Assembly: GCA_051362555.1 (NCBI GenBank)
Contig: CM120645.1
Location: forward strand, 8,618,001-8,682,000
Direction: 5' to 3'
Length of the DNA stretch: 64,000 nt
Origin: Lingula anatina
Lineage: Eukaryota > Animalia > Brachiopoda
A program made the translations under genes and the position numbers. The notes beneath the pieces were generated by a model. That model saw only the letters and a list, made by a program, of their open reading frames with translations. It did no database searches and was not told the origin of the DNA. Positions 37,801-49,600 of the stretch are shown piece by piece. Numbering within the stretch: position 1 is the stretch's first letter; each line of letters starts with the position of its first letter.

Positions 37801-38193
37801 AAAAAAGGGAAGTAAGTACAGTAGGAAAGTTTCATTTGAGACATACACCAAAAAGTTTAGAATAATCAGGCATTAAACATATGACATAATGAAAATACTG
37901 ATTTTTTAAAACTTTACTCAAAACACATACATGTATTATAAGGATATTAACAAAGCAAGGTACTGAGTAATCATCTATAGTTTTATGCTCTCTGCAGCAC
38001 TTTTCTTTAATTCTATAATCAATAATCAATCTGGACTGGCAGGGTGAAATAACATAATTTCGATTTCTGTCCATGTTCAGCTTACCTGGTGTCCTCGGGG
38101 AGACCGGGACATATCAGCGTGGGATCTGCTAGTATTTCTATTCCTATTTATGGGTGAGCTATTCTCAGTATCGACAGAGGCTCCATTCCCCAT
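23693..38193 (-). CDS. Kinesin-14 family (C-terminal motor, KIFC3/KLP-3-like) protein, 807 aa, 19 coding exons
   Basis: Exons: 38193-38086, 37159-36995, 36577-36470, 31351-31277, 30882-30688, 30113-30000, 29502-29394, 29093-29073, 28764-28670, 28345-28295, 28101-28000, 27478-27335, 26774-26658, 26296-26120, 25880-25744, 25554-25491, 25181-24976, 24579-24393, 23941-23693. Total 2424 nt in a single frame. Kinesin-14 neck [22 protein letters not shown]; motor motifs [40 protein letters not shown]. Confidence 0.92.
24339..24386. repeat. (TAAA)n microsatellite in a kinesin intron
   Basis: Direct reading. Similar tracts near 55768, 56335 and 60322. Confidence 0.9.
27588..27791. repeat. Imperfect direct repeat, ~130-bp period, intronic
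   Basis: CTGAGTGGTAG...ACTGAAAAGCAGGCTACCTA...AAAAGTACCA occurs at ~27588 and ~27718. Confidence 0.75.
28829..28874. repeat. (CA)n microsatellite
   Basis: Direct reading. Confidence 0.9.
28917..28991. repeat. 36-bp tandem duplication
   Basis: TTGAACTTAAACAATTTAGGTCATAGCTTTTGTTAT occurs twice in tandem. Confidence 0.85.
31729..32571 (-). mobile_element. Probable solo LTR (843 bp, Gypsy-like) in a kinesin intron
   Basis: TGT...ACA termini flanked by a 4-bp direct repeat TCCC (31725-31728 and 32572-32575). CpG-rich compared with the flanks. AATAAA on - at 31896-31891. Internal direct repeat AAGAGCGTCTAAAGA. Confidence 0.6.
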
Positions 38194-38567
38194 CCCTCAC
38201 TGCTCACAGAGCACCATTATCTCATTGCTGCACTGATGGCTGAATAACATGACTCTGGGTCTGTGGATGGTCTCCTTTTTTAACTATTTTTTTTATCACT
38301 TTGCACAGTGTAACCTGAATATGAAATACACTATTAAGTGGAGTATATCTTATGAAGTGGATAATCGGTATACATATTATGCAAAAGATTTCACTCACTC
38401 ACTCACACACACACAGAAAATATATGTCTTTGTTAATTAATAAATCTTTTCTAATGGTAGAGGAACTTTCTTAAAAATCAATGTTGAAATAACAATTCAT
38501 TTCATAGCTATCAGTATCAAACAGAAAGGAGATTTAACTTTATAAATAGACCTGCAAATTTACTCAC

Positions 38568-39137
38568 CTTACAACAGCAAGGCAGAGATGGTTAAGATGA
38601 ACTACAGGCAGTTGGACCAGCTTTCTTATTTCCCGTCTAGGAGTCTCGGGTGTCTGATTATAGATTCATGTTTCTCACGACTCGCCGAATATGATTGATA
38701 GTTTAACTGAAGAAATCAATATTCTATCTACTCCATTTACAATAGTCGTCAACACATATGCACCGTGTTGTGGTATCAGAAACTAGGTCAGCAGGGAGCT
38801 AAACGGTCACGTGATCAAACAAATTATCAGTCGCCGGACTACGACTAAATAAGAGTAGTTTTCTGTGTTATATCATAACGAAAGTATATCTGCAATTTCA
38901 AGTATTGTTTTGCGTATTAAACTAATAGTAGACGAATAAAGGTTATTGCTTTTTGCGTGTGAATTCCTGCTTTTTTTGCCACCGCAACCGACCAGCGCTT
39001 CCTTTCCCGCGAGATCTCGCTCGCGTGCCCTAGCAGGAAGCAAATGACATGCTAAGCACCGCTGAATTTGTTTACATCGTTCGTCACTAGCATGTAATCT
39101 CACCGTGGGATGCCACTAGGAAGATAAATGCACTACA
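38568..39137. promoter_or_regulatory. Bidirectional promoter region between the kinesin-14 gene (-) and the SH3 gene (+)
   Basis: A kinesin non-coding first exon appears to end at a donor at 38567 (next acceptor 38315). The SH3 ATG is at 39138. The region is CpG-enriched, with E-box GTCACGTGAT at 38806-38815 and E2F-like TTTCCCGC at 39003-39010. Confidence 0.6.
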
Positions 39138-42100
39138 ATGGAAGTATTCAAGGCAATATGTGACTTTAAACCGCCCAAAGGGAGCTCCAGCCATAGCTTT
39201 CTACCATTTAAAAAGGGAGACAAGTTTGAGGTTTTGGAGCCGAACCATACCCAGAAGGAGTGGTGGGGGGCTCGGGCCTTGAAGGGCAACAAGATCGGGT
39301 ACATTCCAGCCAAATACATGAAGGTGTGTATGTCCCCATAGCGGTTTATCACTGCAACATTATAGTGTTTGTTCAAGATAAAATATACGTGTGTGCTTAA
39401 ATAAGAGGAGTTTGACGTTTGTGAGTATTTTGGGGGCGGGCCGGGAGGGGGTGACTCAAATGAGATTGTAAAAATGAAACATACATGGACTTGATGAGTT
39501 CACACAAGTTGCAGTGATCTTTAGTTGAACCATGTACTGAGGTAGATCAGGGATATTGGATCATTTCTGTACTGAGGAGACAAAAACAGACTGTAGTGCA
39601 CAATGCTTATATGCTGTCTAGATTCAAATACCAGTATGTAAACATTTTAATTTAAATTAAATAAATATATTTATGTATAATTCAGTATATATTATATATC
39701 CCATGATACCTTTATTGGTCATTGTCTTTTTTTTTGTATTTGAACAGTTAGTATAATTACTGTGTTGATTGCCATAGTGAATTTATCATGGATCCACATT
39801 TTTATCATTCTCATTCTATATATTGCATCTTGTATGATAAGATAACTTAGGGCACTATTTATAAATGTTTTTCATTCATTTCACCTGGGTATCAGTTGTT
39901 AAGATTTTTATCAGATCCTGCATGTCAGAGGGAACCTGTATGTGCATTTGTATGGTGATTATTCATTTAAGGCAAACAACAGGAATTAAACGAATCCCCC
40001 CCCCAAACACACACACACACAAGAAAAAAGTTTTGCTAGTAATAGTTTATAAGTTAAAAAAATTGAGTTAATGTTGGAAAGCACTTTTTGGGGTGTCATC
40101 AAATAAAAATCAAAGATAAAAACTTGGAAGAAGTGAGATATTTAAAAAAAGAAGTTTGTGCGTACGATTTAAGTAATTACCATGTGTTAATAAATCAGTG
40201 TAATTTGGTATTTTCCAATATTTTGAACTAATAACTTGCTTTTCTTTTAGTTGTACTACTGAGGTAGTTGTATGAAAATCAGTCAAACAGTCCCTGATTA
40301 TTTTTTTGCCAAATCTATACTAGTAACAGAAATGTACCATCTGTGAAAAGAGTTATCTGTTATGGATTTGTAGATTATTTGTATATTTTTTAAAATAAAA
40401 TAATTGCCATTCCAAAGTTCCTAACTCAATCACCATGACTCTTGATTTTAAATAATGTCAACTAAGTACAATGAAATGAAATTCAATGTCATAACCACAA
40501 CTAAATGTAAATGAAGGTCCTTGTACTGTACACTGCAGAATCAGTCATGTTTTGTATGATGAATGGAATGAATCACCACAGCTAGCCTGAGCATCACATA
40601 CTTGACATCCCAAGATAGTCAATACACCTTATTCATCCCAGGTCACTTGGATTAATTTTACTATTGAAGCTATGGCCTCTTTAGAGTGGATTCTTCATTC
40701 GGGCTTCAATGGAATAGTTTACTATACATAGTATAGTCATGATAAGGTTTTGAAATAAGTTGGGTACTCTGCTGCTCTCAAGTTGAGATCAGTAAATAAA
40801 TAAATAAATCCTATCCAAAAAGCCATTTTCTGAGGCAGTAACTTAGTGCTTTGCTTGCATAAACCATATAAAAGTTAACAGAAAATGTTATTTACAATTC
40901 ATTTATTTTTACTGAAAATTATAATATAGAATAAATCATGCAATTTGGAAAGTGTGCCAAAATGTTTTCACAGAGTCTTAAACTAAAAGATGTCCAGTTT
41001 GTCATAATATTTTAAGTACTAAACAAGATTTACTGATATTCATTTTTGTAAAGTTTCATGCATAATGCGTTCAATACAGTCAAGCTCACTGTAGCTTAAT
41101 ATATATGCACAATTGTACTGTTCTGGTGACAGTTATTTTACTGTGCTAGTACTTAATGTCAGTCATCATCTGTGGATAGTATATCTGGACACTGGTGGAC
41201 ACCTGCAGGACAGACAGAGATTTGTTGGCTTAATCTCTTTTTTGAATGCAAAGATTAATTAAGCCTATGTCACAGCTAATTCCCCGTTTTGCCAAATGGT
41301 GGCTTTGAGAAGTAATGGTTGTCCTGGTTGAACTGCCACAACTTATACGTTATATTTTTTAAAAATCAGTCCACTTTGTCCAAGGATTAACATTAAAGTC
41401 CTTAAAGTTAAACAGTAGACTTTTTATAAACCAACCAGGCTCAGGATTATGACACATTTTGGTCATGTCAAGGGCTTATTTTGCTCTAGATGTGAACTGA
41501 ATTGCAATAATGAACCAGTCACCGGTTTGGACGTACTATTATTATGGTGGTTCCATTTCCATAATTGTTGTTTGTCAGGCAAAGTGTACACAAAATATGA
41601 TAGCTGACCACCATGCAAAGCTGGCATTGTTCAGATGCCCCAAATATTTAAGCCAAGCTTATTTATAAATGGCCTCTTGTTTGCTCTTGTTTGCAGATCT
41701 ATATGAATTTCAAACTAAAATATTTTTAAATACTAGTTTATGAAGATGTATGTGTTTAAAATGTCATGTAACATCACAGAACCATGTTTAAAAGCATTCA
41801 GAGTGCAGTCCTCTACCAAGAGTCTTATTTCTCATTAGTGTTAATTGATTAATTAATGGATTGCCACCAAAATGTAATTAATTTTAAGTGAGTCCATTTC
41901 TGACCTATTCTAGAAATTTTATCAAAATCTGTCCATGGGCTCTTTAAGTTATAGGCTGTTAACTAACAGACAAACAACAAAAAACAACCTCCTTGACAGA
42001 AATAATAATTGTTTTGACTCCATATTGTGTTTAATTTAAAAACAAAAACATTTGCCAGAATGAGCACAGGAAAATGACTCCAGAAACACATTACACCTGT

Positions 42101-43647
42101 TCATTAGAATAAAAATCTCTGTCAGATGATGTTGGAGTTACTAACTTATATATATATATATATATATATAATCCCATTGCGATCTTATCCAGAGTCAACT
42201 AACACAACTTGCTGACTTGTGTTGGCTATGGAGTGATTGTGACATTTTGCAGTTCAGCTTTGCATACTCTAACACAGTATCAGCCTTGGCTTGCTATATT
42301 AATTTACAGCGCACAAAAACAGGTCTACTTTTTATGATTAACAGGTTCCCTTACTAGTACATTAGTGCAGTATACAATGTTAAATGATCAATAAGATCCT
42401 TTGCACAGTAATACATTTTGGTTATTTTGAGAACAAAACTTGAAAGACTTCCTGACTATGAAGTTTTATACTTATCATTTGTGTAGGAACCTGCATTTTT
42501 GCACTACTTCATTCACAAATTTAACTTTGGCAGCAACATCCAGATTCTTGGGGATTTAATAGATTAGTAAAGCTATGTTGCTATGATGATTCAAGGGGAA
42601 GGCAGTTACCCAGTAAGCAATTATTTTTGAAGAACATTATAATCAATTTTTATCACTTAAGAAGTACTATTTGTGTAAACTTTCCCAATATCTCTAGTTT
42701 TTGTTCAAATTATTGATTTGGCCAATGCTTTTGATTTATACAGACTAGTAACTGAAACAAAAATAATGTAGTAAGAGGTGAGAAATTGCTTCCTGTTTTG
42801 TTCATTAACTAATAGCACATTGATTTTTGTAGAATATGTAACTGCTGTAGCAGTAGCAAAATTCTGTGAGGCACATTCTTTTCATCCTTTCCGCCTCTGT
42901 TAATGTTGGAATAATAACCTATTATAATTCACTGATATAAATGTATAGCTATCTTGTCTAATTAAATCAAGACTATTTATCTTCTCACGTCAACAGAAGC
43001 AGAGTGCATCCTGAGTATTATCGAATAGATTTCTGCCTTACAGGGTAATGCAGAGCCAATATTTTGCAAATATACATTGAATTTATTTGATTCGTAGATT
43101 AAGCTGATGAAATATTGACGGAAACCTGACCTCCAGTGCAAACAGATTGCTGTAATGTTGCATCTGTCATGCACAGCAAGTCTGCTTGCTATCGTGTCAT
43201 CCGTTGGGATTTAAATAAGGCAGTTCGCGTCATACATGTAGCATGTGGCTTGATCGTATTGGTCTCTGATTGTGCATCATTTTATTGTAAGATGAGAGTA
43301 TGTTCTCACTGTTGGACAGATAACTTATTGCTAGAATAGAAACGTTAAATCTGCATTATTTTAGGTCTTTTGATCAACACAGTCTCTTCACTTGGCAATT
43401 CCCCCATAATACCTGCCCACATCAGAGTAGCCCTGTCATTTAATTCTAGTTTTTTGATGTAGGACTATATACATGTAGTTGATTTCTTGTCCTAGATGGA
43501 AGAGAATTGGCTTTGGAGCTCATTCTAAAATGAATATTAAAAAAAAAATTAATAGCTGGAGAATACAAGACAATTTAGAATTAAGAAATATAGAAATGCT
43601 ATGTTTTGTTTTCTGCTTCCAAATTAGAATTGAAAATTTTATTATAC

Positions 43648-43693
<46 letters not shown>

Positions 43694-46600
43694 TTGTTTG
43701 ATACATGTGCTCAAGTAGTTTAGAAGATTGATTTTTAATAAGCCTTAATGCTTATAATGCCTTTATTAAATTCAATGTTGCCTTTGTATATTTAGGATCA
43801 TTTCACTGTAGATTTAAAAAAAAGGATTGTTTTTACTTTTTTATTTGCCAGCCAACCAGGAGAAGAGCATTTTCCATGGTAACTTGTGAAAATATGTTTT
43901 TGTTTTTTATCTTTTTGATGTACACACCTTCTTTCTTCAGACTTGGTTTACAGTTATAACAACAACAAAAATGTAATTAAAAAATTAGACAGCCAAGTAA
44001 AGGAAAATAAAGGTGTATCTTTATTTTCAATGTTTTTGGGTTTGAGAAAAAAAAAAAGAAAATTATGAAACAATTTGTATATTTATCTGTAAACCAAGTT
44101 TATATCTTTTATCTTTAAAGTGAAATCTTTCATGTGGATACAGTTTTTTTTTAAACTTTGACTGGTTCTGATGCTTGTTTTGATAACTGCATTGTATTTT
44201 TTATATTTGGGTCTTTATCCATTTCAGCTTGGGGGTTTATGTTACAAATACAATTTCCCCTGAAATTAAATTCTGTCAACTGTTTTCATTCATCTTTTCA
44301 TTTGACATGTCCTTAATCTTAAATTGAAGGTTTATTTGAGAGTGAATTTCCTTTCAAGTTTCTGTTTTACCAATGATTTGCATATTTTGCACAGTAGTTG
44401 ACTTTTCATTGCCAGCTTTAAATAACTATATAGTTTTCTTTAAAAAATTGTTATGATTACAGATGGCTTAAAAATAGACAAACTTTTTATGGGCCCAAAA
44501 TAAAAGTGTTCATTTTAGATAATCTCTGCACTGTCCTGTCCCTATTCATACTTAAACATGGTGATAAACCTTATAGACTGCTAAATAAATTAAACATATA
44601 GACAACTATATTATATGTAAAACTGGCATAGAACAATGAATCCCTTTCATTGATCTGAGGGTGTGTTTACATATTGGTTAAGTTGGCCCTTCCCTGCTTA
44701 TTGCCAACTTGAGAGTTTATCATAAGCAGCATGAATGCACCCGCTACGTGGACCACTTATATTTTTTGCCAGATTTTCACAGATACTTCATTAGCTTATT
44801 CTGCCCATGTTTGTGTACTGTCCAGTGGGAACGTTTGCCAAAAATAATATCATCAACCAACTGGCTTCTGGTAGAGAGGTTTAAAGACGCAGGTGGATTC
44901 CCTTTTATCTTCACTGATATTTTGTTGTGGCCCGTGGTGGGGGTGATGGTGGGTAGGGGAAAAGAGGGTTACATCTGCTATTTTGCTGAACTCAACTTGC
45001 TCAGATACCAGGAGGAGGAGGTTTTCTGAGAAGGGAATGCCCAACTTGTGTATTAATCAGCCTTAAAACCCAAGGTTGTGATGGCTGTCTTGGTGGTGTT
45101 GAAAGTTGACAAAGGAATACCATTTCCTATGTGATTTTAAAGCCACAGTCAAAGAGGGTTTCATGGAAAAATACTATCTGGTCTCACAATTGACTTATTC
45201 TGTGTTAAATTATTTAAAGCACAGGAAAACATTTGCAGAGAAAAGTCCATTAAGATCACCCTGAGCTTCAGAGCTGACTTGACACTAACCTTTTCACTGT
45301 AGCCTATCTCCATCGTGTCAAGTAACCTCTGACGAAAATAGTTTGACCTATTTTATATAAGCCAATCGAATCCATGTTTCAAAATTTTTCACCAAAGTTT
45401 GGTGAAAACGCTGATTGGTTGATCGTCAATCGGCAATCCTCGGCTGATTCCGCAAGCTCCATACTAACAACATAGTTATTGTCGAGTGCGGAGACATCCG
45501 AGTAGTTCCGAGTGGTTCCGAGTGCATAACCGTACACAAAGAAAGCATGGAGTATATCGGAATTGAAACCAGAGCAGTATGATGCCCTGCATCATTATCT
45601 ACTGAGGGATGATGTATTTTGCGTGCTGCCCACAGGTTACGGCAAGTCCCTGATATTCAGCCTTATCTTTGATTGGTCCGGATTTGAACAAAGCGCGCTT
45701 TGACTCGTTCGCGTTCATTGGCTAGATCGTTCAATGAGTCATTGAGTGCGGGCTTTAAATTTGATTGGCGGGCGGCGGGGGCACTCGAATCTGGTCAGAG
45801 GTTACTTGACACGATGGAGATAGGCTACAGTGAAAAGGTTAGTGTCAAGTCAGCTCTGAAGCTCAGGGTGATTAAGATGGGCTTAGATCACATTTTGATA
45901 GCCTTTCCTGCAAGTTTCCTCAAAGAGCTTTCCCTGCTTCACCATTTATTCAATAAGATGTGCTTGAAAATATTGTATTTTTATGGACAGATAATAGAAC
46001 AAATAGCCCAAGTAAAAAATGTGGGCCTTTTATTTTTGATACCCTGGATCTATTAATGAGTTACCGCGATCAGTAGTGTAAGGTAAATGTCTTTTCCCTC
46101 AAAGGAATTTATAAAAAAATGGCAGCGCGTTATGCAGAGAAAACTCTCACCTGAGATACGATTCAGTTGTTGATAAAATTTCCCAGGTAATGTAGTATTT
46201 ACCATGGGCCCTGTCTTTGTTCTCTGAAAGCTATAGTTCCAAAGGCTTAATCAATACTTGCCTTTATAGAAACTAGATATATTGAACGTCCATATTTTGA
46301 GCCTTTGTCTATGTAAGAGAAATTTTCTGACCTGGAAAAGATTGTTGATTATCCAATTCTCTGTCTGTGTTCAACGTCAGACTATGAACTCAGACGGGAT
46401 ATAGTCTTGTTTTGATATTGCAATTCTGGATGTTTAGTATTTTAAAATGCATTGCCATAGGTTGTTTTGATTATGTAAATGGTGTGTATTTTGATGATGC
46501 AAGGTTAATAGAATTCAATAAAAGAACCAGAGGTGTAATTTTGGTCAATTTTGCTCTTTACTGTTCTTATAAATATGCATAAATAAATTGTGAGGCTGTG

Positions 46601-49600
46601 AATTAATGTGAAGATATAAAGGATGAGAAATCCAAGACTTGAGGCAAATTGTTTAAAGTTGCATACTATTTTATAATGAAAAATAAACCATGATCATATT
46701 CAGTCATTGGACTGCATTCTTGGCCTTAATTTGGGTTTCTATGATAATGTCCTTTTCTCCATTAATTAAGCAAATCGATTTCGGGTAACCTTTATGTAGG
46801 AGTGCACTCACAGCTTCTGGTCTTGATAATGGGTTTTTATGGTGCAAAAGAATGGATATTTATCCACATGGTGGCCATTTTTTTTTACTTGGACAACATA
46901 CCCTACTAACAGCTTGCTTGCAGATCTTTATTACATTGAATCACCGCATAACCGCATAGACCAATTTACCAGATGTTATAAAATTCAACATAATGAACGT
47001 GTCTGATGGCCCAACTTTGTGTTTGAACGCATTCAATGTAATATTATATGTGATGTGCTTTAGGGCAGCAGTCGTGTCTCAGCTTGAGACGGGATCCCAC
47101 ACGAAATTGAGGCTAATTCACAATCTGTGTCAACTTAGACCTGTTAAAAATCGATTGAAGTCAACCAATCAACCAACAAACCAATCACTCAAATGGAAAA
47201 TAATTTTATTGAAATAAAACTAAATAATAATAAAAAATATAAAGGACAATTTCACCAGATGACATTATTGATTAGCATAATTTTTATTTTAAGTCAGCTT
47301 TATCCTGATATCAGCTTTCCATCTGGTGATTATAGATTAATAGAGATTTAAGTGTTCCAGATTTATCTGCACAGCCAGATGTTTGGGTGCTGTTTTTTCC
47401 CCAGACAGAGCTGCATTTTTCTGAGATTTAAAAAAATGTCCACTTTAATCTCTGCATTTTAGATGATACATTTTAGTCAGTTTTGTTCCAAGTTAGATCC
47501 TTGTGTAAACTGGCCCACAGTTCCTAGCCAGTCACTCGACTGGTAACTAGACACTATAGATCAGTAAGGCCACATTCAGAACAGTGGACTAACTAGTCTG
47601 TGGGTCAAATATGGTGACCCACTTGAATCCTTTTTGTGTCATCCCCGCAGGAAATCTATTCAGTATCTAATCCTGAATTAAGTGCCAAGCTTTTTAGTGG
47701 TTTGCTATATTTGATCATGCGGATCTGCCAGTCCACTGTTCTGAATGTGCTCTGAGTTCCCCTTTGATTGGCAGGCATGCTATTCTTGGGTGGGTGGTAC
47801 CAGCCCATGTAGTCGTGATCTATGAGCTTCTCATCGACAGTCTTACAGCTGTGTGACATATGAGGAATGTCTAAGGTTGTCGTAGGCTTGGTAAGCCATA
47901 TGGAGGCACAGTCGCTGGGTTGTCCAGTGCTTTGACAGTATTAGGAGGAGTAACGGCAGACATTGTGTTTTACGTGAAGTCCTGACTGATTCATTCAATG
48001 AGGACAGTGGACATGTAATTACTTCCTCGGGTGATTCTTTAATTCTCTGTCACCGGCAGTCAGTATTATTTTTTTTCAGAGGAATACATTATTTATCAGA
48101 GTACTTGGACATGTACCTGAATGTAATTACTGGTGCATAGGTGACATTTTGAGGTCAGTGACAAAGACAGTTTTTGGATATTGGGGAGAAGTGGACTTCA
48201 TTGTTTGGTCAACAGTAGGTCAATATTGTCTGCACTATTTCTTTGACATTTTGTGTCTGACTTAGGAGGGAGTTGGCTTTACTCAACCTTGTGTAGGCAG
48301 CACATAAAATATGCATAGCTGGAGGGAGAGCGAGAGTGCTAAAGGTGTGACTGCATTGTTCATAAACATGCCAGCAAATTAAGAATATCTGCATACAGCC
48401 ACCAGATCAATTATTATCGAGTGGTTTACTTTTCCTGCTATCAATAACGTTGGATCATCAGTATGGAGCATATGGAGTCCCTGGGGAATTGTGAACAATG
48501 GCAAAAGCTGGAAGTTAACATCTAGACATTACGTGTTAGCACGATCCTTAATCATTACATGTTGTCTGTTGTTTCTCACTTGTGGTCAAGGATGTAGGAG
48601 GACGCGCAGCATGTTGGATGCATATTGGTAATGTTCACAGGCTGTCTGCTAGCATAGACTAAAGGACAAGCTGATTTAGAATTAATCAAAGCATCTTCAA
48701 AGGATAGGATGGAAGTGAGTATGGATTCAGAGACATGCACAAAACACAGAACAGAGATTATCGAGGATCTGTGATTATTGCTGTAAGAGCATGGGGTCAG
48801 ACTCGTGTGGAAAATAGTAGAAAGCATTAACATACAGTGCACTGTGTTCATATAAGGAATTGATGGACTTAGAAAACCTACTTAGAAAACTGATTCAGTA
48901 AATCATTCTAGTGCTATATGGAAAGACATAAAGAGGATGGTGTGGAAGTGTGTCAGCTGGTCCTAGCTGGTAATTCCCAAGAGACTTAATTGTCAGATTT
49001 TTTTTGAATGGCACAGAATCAGTAGAAAGTTCAGTTGGGGAAATGACATTGTTGTCAGTGGTTTGTGAATGGTTATTGTGGTTAACACCTTGAGTGCTTG
49101 AATACAAGTACACATGCTCAGAGTGCGTCATTGACAGTTAATACTGATCAAATTCATGAGAAGTTTGTGAATTAAAGCCTGCTGAGATCTGCAAAGTGTA
49201 TCATAATCTAGTTGGAGGAAAAAAAAAAGAAGAATAGAAAAAAATCTTGGTGGAGGAAAAAGGAGTAGTAATTGTGAACATATTCTCTCTGGCATAGCTC
49301 CATTGATTTTGTGTCAGGAGTTTAGAAAATGGGTCAGCGTGCTTCGAAAAGGGCGTTTCGCCAGCTTGGATCCCCGGGGGAAGAAGACGCCTCAACCACC
49401 TCAAATGGTGACCCCCACACTGCCTACAGCTCCACCTATGTGCAGATGCAAGAACCACAGGGGGAGGAATCCAGCTCATCATGTGTGAGAGTTGAAGAGC
49501 CAGAACGGTCTGTAGAGGGCACCACAGGCAGTGTTACTTCAGCAGGAAGCAGTAATCGAGACTCAGATCTTGGATTCTCTGCTAAGACGCTCCTGAACTA

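Noticed and set aside
45700-46056. 118-aa ORF in the track
   Set aside because: It reads through the right TIR of the transposon into flanking intron and has no protein-like features.
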